From: a virus
Taxonomy: Duplodnaviria; Caudoviricetes
DNA: 64,000 nt
Direction: 5' to 3' (one strand)
IMG/VR virus record: IMGVR_UViG_2675903066_000001
Coordinates: 30,717-94,716 of that record
Below, one piece after another: positions 47,145 through 57,250 of the stretch (positions within the stretch are counted from its first letter, which is position 1; each line of letters begins with the position of its first letter). The notes under the pieces were generated by a model. The model had not been told where the DNA came from. It worked only from the letters and a program-made list of their open reading frames with translations, and did no database searches. Made by a program: the position numbers and the translations under genes.

Positions 47145-47776
47145 ACCTGCTCCTCCTTGGTGGGTTGGGTGATGGTCATCTGCGTCGACCGGGCGTGACG
47201 GCCGACCGGCTGTTCGGGGTGGACGGCCAACTCGACCACGGCCACGCCGCGCATCTCGCTGCGCTCGACGTACCGCGCGATCCGCATCCCCGGCGCGTCC
47301 GGGTGCGGCTCGCCCAGCTCGATGAACTGCCACCGGACGCCGGTCGTCGCGTACCGTATGTGCACCTCGGCGCCAGGCTGCAGCTCCCACCAGGCGGTGG
47401 GGTCGTCCGGCATGGGGTCGGTGCGCCAGTCGGTGGTGTCGCGGGGGGTGTAGAAGTCGCCCCACAGGGCTTCGATCTCGGCGTCGACCAGCGCGAGCAG
47501 CTGCGGCCGCGCGGTCTGCCGGATGTCGCGGTCGGCTTGGTCCTCGATGCGGCGAGCGATGTCGAGCTCGCGCTTGGCCTCGTCGTACCGCTTCTCGGCG
47601 CGCTGGCGCCGCTCGGCGGTGCCGTGGAAGCCGTTTCGCGTGTGGTCGCGCTTCTGCGCCTCCCGAAGGCTGGTCTCGGCGTCCTCCAGCTGGCGCTGCG
47701 GGTACCGCATGCCGCGCGACAGTAAAAGGAAGGCGTCGAGGTACTGGTCGCCGGTGGCGACGAGCTGGTCACGCAT
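47141..47776 (-). CDS. Hypothetical protein
   Basis: Coiled-coil N-terminus; coupled. Confidence 0.6.
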   Translation of the reverse strand: MRDQLVATGDQYLDAFLLLSRGMRYPQRQLEDAETSLREAQKRDHTRNGFHGTAERRQRAEKRYDEAKRELDIARRIEDQADRDIRQTARPQLLALVDAEIEALWGDFYTPRDTTDWRTDPMPDDPTAWWELQPGAEVHIRYATTGVRWQFIELGEPHPDAPGMRIARYVERSEMRGVAVVELAVHPEQPVGRHARSTQMTITQPTKEEQV

Positions 47777-48114
47777 TCGTGGTCTCCCGTTCGGGTGATG
47801 TGGTCAGGTCAGTGGTGTAGCCAGGGATCAGTTCGGCGTCTTCGAGGCAGAGCGGGTACCGCTGCCCGTCGATGATCACAGCAGTGGTGATCTCCTCGAC
47901 GGAGCAGCCGACTGCTTTGCATGGGCCGTGCTCGTCTGGGCTGAGCCGGTCCCACGCGATGCCCTCGGCCGTCCCGGTCACAGGCCCGGGTCGGCGTCGG
48001 AGATGCCGTCGTCGACCCATTCGCTGGGGTCCTGCATGAGGACGCAGTCGGGGTCGCAGTCCTGGCCCGCGGCGGCCTTGCACTTTGGGCATGGCTCGTT
48101 GGTGGAGTACAGGT

Positions 48115-48399
48115 TCACAGGACTCCGGCCTCCTCCAGCCGCGCGTACGCGGCCGTCCGGTCAGCGTTCAATTCCCGCGGGGTGGCGACCTTCCTGCAGA
48201 AGCGGCACCGCTGGTGTCCCTCGGGCACGTCCGGCCGGTCGCCGTGGCCGGCCACGACGCCGTGTAGGCAGATGCCCATCTCGTCGCACGCGGCGTACAG
48301 GGCGTCGCCCGCGGCGTCCATGTCGGCCTGCTCCAGGTCAGCGTCCATGCGGGCGGACTCGATCGCTTCGGCGTCGGCGCCGAAGTCGTCGTCGAACAT
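48115..48399 (-). CDS. Hypothetical acidic protein
   Basis: GGGAG RBS; CLH and CRFC. Confidence 0.55.
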   Translation of the reverse strand: MFDDDFGADAEAIESARMDADLEQADMDAAGDALYAACDEMGICLHGVVAGHGDRPDVPEGHQRCRFCRKVATPRELNADRTAAYARLEEAGVL

Positions 48400-48563
48400 G
48401 GTGATCTCCCGTTGCTCTCTACGTGTACGGGTACGGGTGCGTTAGGGTGGTGGAAGCACCTAGTGGCCGACTCTCTTGGCGGCCGTTGCTGGTTCTACTT
48501 TCGAGCTGTGGTGGCTCGGGGTTTGGATGGCCGGACCTGGCGACAGGTCCGGCCATCTGCGGT

Positions 48564-48833
48564 TTAAGACGGCGGGAACACCAGGTGGCGGGCGTCGATG
48601 ACGATCTCGCCGCAGCCGCCGCACCAGTAGTAGCCCTCCCAGGCGGGGTTCTCCTCGCCGTTGAGGTAGAGGCCGACCGCCATGAGGTTGCCGTCTCGGT
48701 CGCTGGCGTGGAATCCGCCATACTCGGCGATGTTCCGGCACCCGCAGACGAACGACTCATCCGGCAGCAGAAGCACCTGGTCGGGCCGCGGCGTCGCGCC
48801 GAAGCCGGCCCGCTCGGGAACGATGACGGTCAT
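48564..48833 (-). CDS. Small Cys-rich protein
   Basis: CGC.N...GF...YWCGGCG. Confidence 0.55.
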   Translation of the reverse strand: MTVIVPERAGFGATPRPDQVLLLPDESFVCGCRNIAEYGGFHASDRDGNLMAVGLYLNGEENPAWEGYYWCGGCGEIVIDARHLVFPPS

Positions 48834-49405
48834 TAGAGCTGCCCGTCCATCTCCGCGATGGCCTGGTTGATGGCGACGCCGGTCGTCAGCGCGTGCCCGA
48901 TCGACTCGATGGCCAGCTTCGGACCCACCGACTGCGTGAGCAACAACTCGTAGAGTGCCGCCTGGGCCTTGCCCGCGACAGGGGCGAAGTGCTTGCCGAA
49001 CTCGACCTGCAGCGCTCTGGCCATCCTCAGCCCGTCGAGCAGGTGGTCGGCCAGCGCGATCGGGGTGGGCGGCTCCTCGTCCGGCTGGTCGAGCTCGCCG
49101 CAGTCGACGATGACGTGCTTGATGACCTTCTGCTGGTCGTCGCCGGACAGGGCGTCGAACGTCGCGTCGGGCGGGTACGGCGTCGCGCCGGTGTTCAGCT
49201 CGTACGCGGCCGACAGGCAGTCGAAGTGAAAGCCCGCCAAGTCGAAGACGTTGGCCGAGGCCAGCTCGAACTCCTCCGGCGTCGCGGCCGGCTCGGCCAC
49301 CATGCGGGCGATGGTGTGGAGCATGTGCGTGGTGGAGCCGCCCGCGTCGCGGACCTCCGTCACGGCCTTCAGCAGTTCGGAGCGGGTGGGGGTGGTCGTC
49401 TGCAT
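48833..49405 (-). CDS. Hypothetical protein
   Basis: AAAGG RBS; TAATG coupling. Confidence 0.65.
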   Translation of the reverse strand: MQTTTPTRSELLKAVTEVRDAGGSTTHMLHTIARMVAEPAATPEEFELASANVFDLAGFHFDCLSAAYELNTGATPYPPDATFDALSGDDQQKVIKHVIVDCGELDQPDEEPPTPIALADHLLDGLRMARALQVEFGKHFAPVAGKAQAALYELLLTQSVGPKLAIESIGHALTTGVAINQAIAEMDGQL

Positions 49406-49432
49406 CGTGATGTCCTTTCGGGGGTGGTGTGA

Positions 49433-49969
49433 TTAGCGGGCGTTAACGGACACGGAGTAGTCGTTGAGCCGCTCGACCCACACGCCGGGCGGCAACTCGG
49501 CCTCGGGGTACTCGATCCCGTCCGCGTTGAAGCCGCCGTAGGGGAACATGGGGGTCCACTCGACGCCCGGCCAGGTGATGACCCATTGGTGGTCGCTGTC
49601 GTCCCACTCGGGCAGCAGTTGCAGGCCGTGGACGTAGTCGGGCTTCATGTCGAGCTGCTTGCAGGCGGCCACGCGGACCTGCTCGGCCATCGCCTGCGTC
49701 ACGACGGGCGCCTGCATCAGCCGCATCGTCTCCTGCAGCGTCGCGCTCGGGTCGAGCATGACGGCCCTGATCACTTCGTCGGCCTGGTTCGCGCCCCAGC
49801 CCTGCGTGCGCAGCAGCTCCACGAGAGCCGCGTTGATGTGCCCGAACACGCCGGGCTGGCGGGCGATCACCTGCTCGGTGCAGGTGTCAGCGGCGCGGAG
49901 CAGCTGCACGAGCTGCTCGCCGATCTGCACGGGGGTGGCCTGGGTCCTGGTCGCCGTGGTGGTGGTCAT
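49433..49969 (-). CDS. Hypothetical protein
   Basis: AAAGG RBS. Confidence 0.65.
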   Translation of the reverse strand: MTTTTATRTQATPVQIGEQLVQLLRAADTCTEQVIARQPGVFGHINAALVELLRTQGWGANQADEVIRAVMLDPSATLQETMRLMQAPVVTQAMAEQVRVAACKQLDMKPDYVHGLQLLPEWDDSDHQWVITWPGVEWTPMFPYGGFNADGIEYPEAELPPGVWVERLNDYSVSVNAR

Positions 49970-50063
49970 CGGGGTTCGCCTTTCTGAGAGAACAGGAACG
50001 CCCCGCCCGAGGTGGGCGGGGCGAGTTAAGCCTGCAATACCGCTTGCGCTTTATGCTGTGTGA

Positions 50064-50711
50064 TCAGTTGGCCGGGAGAGCGATGACGGCCAGGCGGTCG
50101 AGCAGCGCCTTCGCGGTGGCGTCGTCGAGCAGGTCGAACACTCCCTCGTCGCGCCGGGCCGGGGCCTTGCCGGTGTGGCCCTCGATGTAGGCGAGCGCGT
50201 GGTACATCACGAACTCGCGCGCCTCCCGCAGCTCGGTGTAGCGGCACAGTGGGTTCGGGTTGACCCGCTGGCAGAGCGCGGTGCCCTTCGGCCAGATGTG
50301 CGCGGCCGCGCGCTCGGTGATGATTCGTCCGACGCGCGTGCGGGTGGTGGCGACGCCGTTACGCTCGGCGTACTCGTACGCGCGGCCCTGGAACAGGTGG
50401 TCGTCGGCGGCCATGACGGCCTCGTGCACGAGGGAGCACCAGGTCCACGTCTTGCCGAAGTGGTCGGCCGTGTAGGTGCGGGCGCTGCCGTACAGCTGCA
50501 CGGCGATGTCGTCGCGCACCTGGTGGAAGGGGATCAGCGGGTGGTGGCCCGCGAGGAGGTCGGTGGCGGCCATCCAGGCGACGCCGTCGATCACGTTCCG
50601 GGTGGCGCCTGCCGAAGTCGCGACGATGGCGGCCATCTCGTCGGGCGTCCAGTAGAAGTCGATGGCCGGACGATCGTCGACGACGGGGGTATCGCTCTTC
50701 ATGGCGATCAC
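50064..50711 (-). CDS. Hypothetical protein, first gene of the second leftward operon
   Basis: AAGGAG RBS; flanked by two copies of the 19-bp motif. Confidence 0.65.
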   Translation of the reverse strand: MIAMKSDTPVVDDRPAIDFYWTPDEMAAIVATSAGATRNVIDGVAWMAATDLLAGHHPLIPFHQVRDDIAVQLYGSARTYTADHFGKTWTWCSLVHEAVMAADDHLFQGRAYEYAERNGVATTRTRVGRIITERAAAHIWPKGTALCQRVNPNPLCRYTELREAREFVMYHALAYIEGHTGKAPARRDEGVFDLLDDATAKALLDRLAVIALPAN

Positions 50712-50915
50712 TTGGTCTCCTTCGTGGTGGCGGGAGTGGTTGCGGTGCCGCTTGCGCTATCTGCGATCTCTTTCGTGGCCAGCTCGACGAGGTGGCCGAG
50801 GAGTTGCCGGTTGGTGGCACGGGCGGCGGTGGTGGCCGGGCTGGTCACGCGCCCTTCTCCTTCGGTGTTTTCCCTGGTCGGTGCGGTTTTGATCTTGTTA
50901 TTCAGTTGGATCTCG

Positions 50916-50945
50916 ATCATACCAGGATCACCGCACGTATGTATA
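50916..50945 (-). promoter_or_regulatory. Putative leftward promoter
   Basis: TATACA-N18-TATGAT on the minus strand. Confidence 0.45.
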
Positions 50946-51137
50946 CCTAAAGAGGACAGGACAGGAGATCACGACGAAACACCACGTCAGACCTGCTGTA
51001 GTCGCTTCTGAGAGCCTTGGACATCTCCGATACCGCTAGGACTTGATCGGACCTGATCGCGCCTCACCGTGGACAACGACAGGTCTAGCGCGGGTATCTG
51101 CGAGGCGCTGCTACCGGTCGCGTCCCAACGCTGTTGC

Positions 51138-51338
51138 GACATTTACGACAAATCTACGTTGTAAAGCCGGGTCCCGTAGACGGGCCGGCCCGTCCCGAAG
51201 GGCGGCAACACCAGCATCGACGCCGGGAATCTGCCCGCGTGTCCGGTATGACGATGAGGGGGAGCCACCCCAGCCGGGTGGCTCCCCCTCCGCCGTGTGC
51301 AGCGCGCGGCTTTACTTCGTAGATCTGTCCAAAATGTC
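51138..51338. repeat. 32-bp imperfect inverted repeats enclosing palindromes
   Basis: Arms 51138-51169 and 51307-51338 match at 27 of 32 positions; internal 16-bp palindrome and 15-bp hairpin. Confidence 0.85.
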
Positions 51339-51630
51339 TTACGCGGACTCGGACGGCTGGGAAGCACCATACGAAACCCGGTTCTCCACCCAGCCCCAGG
51401 TGCGGCCGCAGCTCAGGCAGCTCCACGCGAGCCCGTGCTCCGGGTGAGGAACCCTGTCGGACCCGCAGCATCGGCCGGCGTGCCGTACGAACGGCATCGG
51501 CTCTCGGCATTCGAAGCAGTGATAGTCACCAGTCCCCATGCCTTTGATCCGCTCCTGACCTCCGCGTCGAGGATGAGTGCAGCTCTCAGGTGTGGGGGGT
51601 TGAGGGGTGGCGTTCTCGATCATCGCCCCA

Positions 51631-51966
51631 TCATGCATGATCACCCGACCGCCCCTCACGCTCAGACCGCGCACGAGCACGAGCCCGCGCCAGCGACGTC
51701 TCCCGCCGCAGGGCCTCCTTCGCCGCTTCGATCTCCTCCGGGCTCGGGCCGGCCGCTACCTCGGGCTCCGTTGCCCACTCGGCGTGCTCGAGGTCCTCGT
51801 CCGCTTCGTGGTCGGCACGCTTCCACCGCCAGCCGCCCTCCGGCGCCGCGTCATGGCGACTCCTCCGGGCCTCCAGCTCACGCGCCTGCATCGCCCTCGC
51901 AGCGTTCGGCGAGGTGACCGCCAGCCATTCACGGGCCAGAGCCGCCCACTGACGCGCGTCCGTCAC
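51631..51966 (-). CDS. Hypothetical protein coupled to Rep
   Basis: GTGA overlap with the rep stop. Confidence 0.5.
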   Translation of the reverse strand: MTDARQWAALAREWLAVTSPNAARAMQARELEARRSRHDAAPEGGWRWKRADHEADEDLEHAEWATEPEVAAGPSPEEIEAAKEALRRETSLARARARARSEREGRSGDHA

Positions 51967-53285
51967 GACATCCTCCGAGCCCGGTAGGCGGCGAGCATCT
52001 CCAGCTCGGCCGCTTCCTTCTCCCGGCGACGACGCTCCATCTCGACACGCACCGACCGGTAGTCAGCACTCGGACCATCCGAGGCGCGATCAGCGATAGG
52101 AGCCGGAGCCAGCGCCTCAGCGCGGCTCATCCTCGGCTCCTCCACGAGCTCCACGCCGGCCGCGGCCGCCGCCGCGTGACGCGCCTGCTTGCGCATCTCC
52201 TGCTCCGCGCGCCGTACGGCGTCGGCCGCGGCCGCCAGCTGCGACCGCGAAGGCAGCGCCTCTTCGTTGTCGTCGAGCCAGGCCGCGAGGCGGTGCCGCA
52301 CCCAGCCGGGTATGTGCCGGATCTCGTGGACGCTCGACCACGTGTACGTCCACCGGCTGTCGTCGGGGCGTACGTCGAGGGCGTGCAGCACGTCGGCCGC
52401 TGTCCAGCCAGCGACGAAGAAGGGCTTCAGCAGCCAGCGCAGGAACCACGGCGTCATGTGCCGCAGCACGGTCGACTCCTTCCGGAGTCGTTCGCATGTG
52501 GCCAGTCTGTCGCGTTTAGTCCTCGGCGATTCGTGCAATGCCCATGTCGGCGAGATACGTAGTTTGCGGCCAGCAGTCCGGGGAGCCTCGCGCGTGCGCG
52601 TGGGACCTTCCTTGTCTCTCTCAGGGAGAGAGACAGAGGGGGGTTCATTTATGCCTTTAGCCTGGTCAGCGCTAGTGTCGTTGGTCGGAACAGGCGTGAT
52701 GTCGCGAGGAACGCAGATCACCCAGACGGCCGCCCGGTTGCCCAGGCCGTCGTCGACCAGGCCCGCCGAGGTGCCCTTCCGGAACCGCACCGTCGTGCCC
52801 TGCTCGACGACGCCGAGCCAGCCGTGCTCACGTAGCCAGCGGACCCACCGCTTGACGGAGGCCTTGGACAGGCCGGTCTCCTCGACGACCTTCGCGATCG
52901 TCGGGCGGGAGCACATGGTGTCCCAGTCGGCTGCCCAGGCGATCTCCTGAGCGATGCGCAGCAGGTTGCCGTAGCCGTCGTAGCGGAGTTCCAGCACGTC
53001 GGCGTCTTCGCGTAGGGCGCGCAGGAACGACTGCTGGTCGGAGGCGCGGCGCATGCCCCGCGGCACGGCCGCGAGGATGAGCGCCTTGGAGGGCGCCGTC
53101 CGTAGAAGGTTGGGGAGGTCCGACACGCCGGAAACCGGAAGTCGTGTCGCGTTCTGTCCATGCGGCTGACGTGCCGGTTTTGTCGCCGGTGTCGTGTCCG
53201 GCACGGTTGGGGTTTCCGGGCATGCTGGCATGAGCCCCCGGTCGCCAGTTATCATGGCGATGCCTTTCTTAGCGGTGAGGCACAA
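51963..53285 (-). CDS. Plasmid-type replication initiator (HTH Rep); start uncertain
   Basis: ADWDT..SRPT + HTH (GLSKASVKRW..WL...GWL), AGWT..DV..ALD, P.GW...RL..W, resembling actinomycete plasmid Reps. Confidence 0.7.
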   Translation of the reverse strand: MCLTAKKGIAMITGDRGLMPACPETPTVPDTTPATKPARQPHGQNATRLPVSGVSDLPNLLRTAPSKALILAAVPRGMRRASDQQSFLRALREDADVLELRYDGYGNLLRIAQEIAWAADWDTMCSRPTIAKVVEETGLSKASVKRWVRWLREHGWLGVVEQGTTVRFRKGTSAGLVDDGLGNRAAVWVICVPRDITPVPTNDTSADQAKGINEPPSVSLPERDKEGPTRTREAPRTAGRKLRISPTWALHESPRTKRDRLATCERLRKESTVLRHMTPWFLRWLLKPFFVAGWTAADVLHALDVRPDDSRWTYTWSSVHEIRHIPGWVRHRLAAWLDDNEEALPSRSQLAAAADAVRRAEQEMRKQARHAAAAAAGVELVEEPRMSRAEALAPAPIADRASDGPSADYRSVRVEMERRRREKEAAELEMLAAYRARRMS

Positions 53286-53476
53286 GTAAGCCCGCTCGAC
53301 GGCCTTGCCGGGCCACCGAGTGGGAAGGCGGACGATCCTCCTCGTCGCTCAGCTCCGTACGCCGGCCAAAGCATTCGGGAGCCGAGCCACTTAGTGGACC
53401 GTCACGACTGAGACAGCCGGGCTCTGCCCGGCTTTCTTAGTGTCTGGGGGTTCTCCTCCGTTGTTCGTGGGGCCGG

Positions 53477-53728
53477 TCAGGCCGCCACGATCGCCTTTCG
53501 CGTCGTGTCGAGCGGAAGCTGCTGCTGGGCTTGCTGCGCCCGAGCCTGCTCCTCGATGGTCGTCGGTGTACGGCCGAGGGCTTGGGCTGCCAGGGCCTCG
53601 ACGACATGCGCCAGCGGCAGACCCGTCTTCTCCTGCAGGGCCTTCACCTCGTCCCACACGGAGGAGTCCCTCCAGGACATGGGATGCTTGGCGACCACCA
53701 CGCGTGGTCGGCCTACCTGTCCGCTCAT
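53477..53728 (-). CDS. Small putative DNA-binding (RHH/CopG-like) protein upstream of rep
   Basis: GRPR...WDEVKAL..KTGLPLAHVVEAL. Confidence 0.5.
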   Translation of the reverse strand: MSGQVGRPRVVVAKHPMSWRDSSVWDEVKALQEKTGLPLAHVVEALAAQALGRTPTTIEEQARAQQAQQQLPLDTTRKAIVAA

Positions 53729-54016
53729 GGTCGTCAATCATGGCGCATTCTGGATTTCGAAATCTAGAAGTACGCGGGTGTGTCGCACGCGAATTTTCGA
53801 TCATCGGCTTCGCAGGCCTTCCGTGCTGAGGGGTGGCGGGCGACTGTTCGGGCTGGGACTCATGGCCACGAGACCCGTGAGGCGTGTCTCGTTTGTCGTT
53901 CCAGTCGTGACAGTCGCGACTCGAACACCTTAGCGCGATGTGTGTGTTTGTCCAGTATGCGAGGTCAAAGCGCGTAGAAGAACGTGCGTGTGTCGCATTT
54001 GTCTCAAGCGTGGCGG

Positions 54017-54322
54017 TCACTCTCGACCGCCGTCACCCCAGCTCAGCACCATGACCATGACCACCGCAGACGCCACCAGCGCCGACCCCCACCCCATGCC
54101 CCACGTCAGGGCCGCCAGGATCCACGACGACGTCACCGTTAACGAGACAGGCCACAGACGAGCCCCCATCGCCACGAGGGGCACCAATGCCGACGACAGC
54201 AGGGCTGCGAAGGGCACCACCATGCTCAGGTCCGCAGGCACCTCCACCCAGACCACCGCCATCACCTGCCACCAGACCAGCCAGGCCAGAACCACCAGCA
54301 ACCGCGCCATCGTCGTCATCAC
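54017..54322 (-). CDS. Hydrophobic membrane protein downstream of traB
   Basis: Almost entirely hydrophobic; GTGA coupling. Confidence 0.55.
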   Translation of the reverse strand: MMTTMARLLVVLAWLVWWQVMAVVWVEVPADLSMVVPFAALLSSALVPLVAMGARLWPVSLTVTSSWILAALTWGMGWGSALVASAVVMVMVLSWGDGGRE

Positions 54323-56280
54323 GCCACACGCTCCCCGTCCGCGATCACATAACGATCACCGTCCATGTGAGCCCGGCCCTGCTCGACCAGCGACGCAGCA
54401 ACCCGGAACGCGACCGGCAGAGGCAGACCCGACCGCGTCACCAACTGCGGCCCCGTCAGCCCCTGGCCGGCGTCGGCCAGCAGGGACAGCACCGTCGTCT
54501 GCGCCGCGGCGGCGTCGGCCTGCGCGATGGTCGGCATCTGCACGGTCGTGTCGAGGTCGACCACGTCGGCCGTCGCGATCGCAGGCGAGCGACGCCCCTT
54601 GCCGCCGCGCTTTTTCCGCGCCGGCGCGGCGTCGTCGTGCTCGACAGCGATGTTCGGCAGCTTCACCGTCATGGCGGGCACGCCGCGCATGACCGCGCCC
54701 ATCCTCGGGATGTGGCGAGCACGCATCATCACCGGCCTGTCGGTGGCGCCCAGCAGGTAGCCGCAGCCCTTCGTCTTCTTCTGCGTACCGGGGAAATGAA
54801 TCTTGATCAGGTGCGGGTACGCGTTCATTCGCTCCCCGAACGTGGCCGACGCGATCCGGCGGTCGGAGACACGCAGCACCACGATGTTGCCGGAGTTCAC
54901 CAGGGCGAGAATGTCGCCGCCGCCCATCCCGCCGACGTACACGTTCTGGTCGAGCGTCCACACCGTCATGCCGCACTTCGAGCCCTCGGCGAGGATGTCG
55001 TGCACGATCGTGGCCAGGTCCTCGTGTCGCGCGACCAGGTGGAACTCGTCGATGGCGATGACCAGCATCGGCATGCCATGCACGCCCGGGTGGTCGTAGG
55101 ACTGCACTCCGCGCTGCGTAACCCCGTCCTCGTCGACCCACTCGATCTGCGACAGCAGCGCGCGGCGCCGCTGCATCTCCGCCTGGTAGGCGTACAGCCG
55201 CTGACGGATGGCATTGATGCCGAGCGCGTGCGGCACGTACGGCAGCAGCGACGGGCAGCTCTGCCCGTCCTGCGGGTCGAGGTAGTCGAGCACGATCCGG
55301 CCCTCGGTGCGGGCGAACTCCGCTGAAGCGATCTTCAGGATCGACGACTTGCCCGTCCGCATCGCGCCGAAGATCCCGACCGGCAGCGGCCCCGACCCCG
55401 GCTCCCACACCTGCAACGCGCCATCGCCCGCGCCGTCCTCGAACGGGCCGATCGGCAGGACACCGGTGTCCATGTCGAGCAGCGGCTCAGTCCACAGCTC
55501 CGGCTCCAGGACAGCGAGCTGCTTCAGGAACGTCACCATGGCGGCGTTCTGCTCGCCACCGGGCGGCTCCTCCACGTGCACGAAGTTGATGGCCACCCCG
55601 AAGTCGGAGCAGATCCGCTTGCGCGCCTGCATGGCGTCCTCGGTGGTGTGCCCGTCCAGCACGATCCGGTAGCGCGTCCCCGCAGCGCCGCCGCGCTGAA
55701 ACTCCTCGCGGTTGGTCAGCTTGGAGTCGACCAGGGCGCCCTTCCGACCCGCCGTCTTCTGCGCCCACCGGATCACGATCGGGTCGGACGCCTCCAGCTC
55801 CTTGGCCTGCGCCGCCGCTTCCAGCGCGCGGCGCTTGCCCTTCGGACGGGTGATGTAGTTGCGGTGACGCCACACGTGCGGGACGGTCCACAGGCCGGCC
55901 GCCGCGAAGTACGCGCTCTGCATCACGCCGAACGCGCCCAGCTCGGCCGCGCCCGGCAGCCACGCGGCCGCGCCGGCCTGCCACCACCGCCACGCGAGGG
56001 CCTCGCGCGTCTTCGGGAACAGGGTGCGGACCGTCGCCGCGGTGGCGGCGGCGGCGGCCTCACCGACGAGGGCCTGCCACGCTGGCACGTCGGCCAGGTG
56101 AAGGAGCGCGCCCGTGCCCCACACGCCGGCGGCGGTGACGTGCGGGGCGACCGCGCGGCCGTAGCGGTGCGCGGCGCTCCTGGCGAACGCGGACGCGGCC
56201 TCGGCGAGGGCCTCGGTCTCGTCCTCGTGCTGGTCGGGCTGCGCTTCGGGCTGCTGGTCGGGCGTGGTGTGGCGGGCCAC
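54319..56280 (-). CDS. traB: FtsK/SpoIIIE-family conjugative DNA translocase (TraB-like)
   Basis: N-terminal TM region, Walker A GAMRTGKS, EMQRR, Walker B IAIDE, G.GY, C-terminal wHTH. Confidence 0.85.
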   Translation of the reverse strand: MARHTTPDQQPEAQPDQHEDETEALAEAASAFARSAAHRYGRAVAPHVTAAGVWGTGALLHLADVPAWQALVGEAAAAATAATVRTLFPKTREALAWRWWQAGAAAWLPGAAELGAFGVMQSAYFAAAGLWTVPHVWRHRNYITRPKGKRRALEAAAQAKELEASDPIVIRWAQKTAGRKGALVDSKLTNREEFQRGGAAGTRYRIVLDGHTTEDAMQARKRICSDFGVAINFVHVEEPPGGEQNAAMVTFLKQLAVLEPELWTEPLLDMDTGVLPIGPFEDGAGDGALQVWEPGSGPLPVGIFGAMRTGKSSILKIASAEFARTEGRIVLDYLDPQDGQSCPSLLPYVPHALGINAIRQRLYAYQAEMQRRRALLSQIEWVDEDGVTQRGVQSYDHPGVHGMPMLVIAIDEFHLVARHEDLATIVHDILAEGSKCGMTVWTLDQNVYVGGMGGGDILALVNSGNIVVLRVSDRRIASATFGERMNAYPHLIKIHFPGTQKKTKGCGYLLGATDRPVMMRARHIPRMGAVMRGVPAMTVKLPNIAVEHDDAAPARKKRGGKGRRSPAIATADVVDLDTTVQMPTIAQADAAAAQTTVLSLLADAGQGLTGPQLVTRSGLPLPVAFRVAASLVEQGRAHMDGDRYVIADGERVA

Positions 56281-56290
56281 CGGGCGCTCC

Positions 56291-57250
56291 CTAGTTCTCG
56301 TAGAAGCTGAACTTGCGGACGATCCGGACGGGCGCGGACCGCACCGAGCGGGCGACGTCGCCGTGTCCGTAGTCGAGCGCGCTGATCACAGCCGCCACGG
56401 TCGGCTGACCACCGCCGCACGCGGTCACCGTCTGGGCGGTGGCGTGCGTGGCCAGCGCGGCCGCGGAAGCCTCTTGCTCGGCCTGGGCCAGCGCCTCCCA
56501 CATGCGGGTGACCGTCCGAGAGTCCAGGCCGTCCGACTGAACGGCTTGGAACGCCTGCAACGCGAGGACGTACTTGTTGCGGGCCCGGGCGGCGACGTGC
56601 ATGGCGTCCTCGTGCACGTTGCGCGCGTCGGCCTCGAGGACGCCGCTGGCGCGGAAGAACGCCCGCAGCCAGGTCATGAACCGCTCGAACCCGCCGGTGG
56701 CCAGCGCCTCCTGCAGCTGGGGGACGGTAGGCAGTTGCATGGAGGTGCCGTCGTTGGCAGGCACGATGGGAGCCTGCGACATGTCGACTCCTTCCAAGTC
56801 GATGAGGTTCCAGTCGGGGCGCGGCCGCTCGACGACTTCGGCGGGCTTGACCTCGCCTTCGAGCTCGGGCCGGCCCATGGTCGGTTTCGGCCGGTCGACG
56901 ACCTCGACCTCCAGCGCGGGCGGCGGGGCGAGAGCTGGACGAGCCGGCTCCGCAGGCCGGGGCGGGGCCTGCGGGCGGACCTGCTCGACGAGCACGAGGT
57001 CAATCGGCTGCAGCTGCTCGTCGTCGCCTTGGTCACCGCCTTGGTGCTCGGGCCGGCCCGGCCCGAGCGCACGCCCGAACCAGGCGATCGCGACGTTCAT
57101 GGTCTTGGCGGTCCATGTCCGCTCGACGGTGTGCTCGACCGGCTGGTCGGGCTGCTCGTCGCCGGGCTTGCGGAAGAAGAACCAGCCGCCGACGACGAAC
57201 AGCGCGAGCGACACCACGACGGCGAACACCGCCATGAGGGCGTCGCTCAT
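56291..57250 (-). CDS. Transfer-region protein with N-terminal TM
   Basis: Directly upstream of traB; C-terminus ends FYEN. Confidence 0.65.
   Translation of the reverse strand: MSDALMAVFAVVVSLALFVVGGWFFFRKPGDEQPDQPVEHTVERTWTAKTMNVAIAWFGRALGPGRPEHQGGDQGDDEQLQPIDLVLVEQVRPQAPPRPAEPARPALAPPPALEVEVVDRPKPTMGRPELEGEVKPAEVVERPRPDWNLIDLEGVDMSQAPIVPANDGTSMQLPTVPQLQEALATGGFERFMTWLRAFFRASGVLEADARNVHEDAMHVAARARNKYVLALQAFQAVQSDGLDSRTVTRMWEALAQAEQEASAAALATHATAQTVTACGGGQPTVAAVISALDYGHGDVARSVRSAPVRIVRKFSFYEN

Noticed and set aside
50708-50920. 70-aa ORF MIEIQLNNKIK
   Set aside because: Its ATG lies within the putative -10 hexamer and it spans regulatory motifs, so it is more likely a leader region
51138-51338. 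Retron msr-msd or hammerhead ribozyme
   Set aside because: No reverse transcriptase in the window and no CUGAUGA/GAAA core found; kept only as an unexplained structured element
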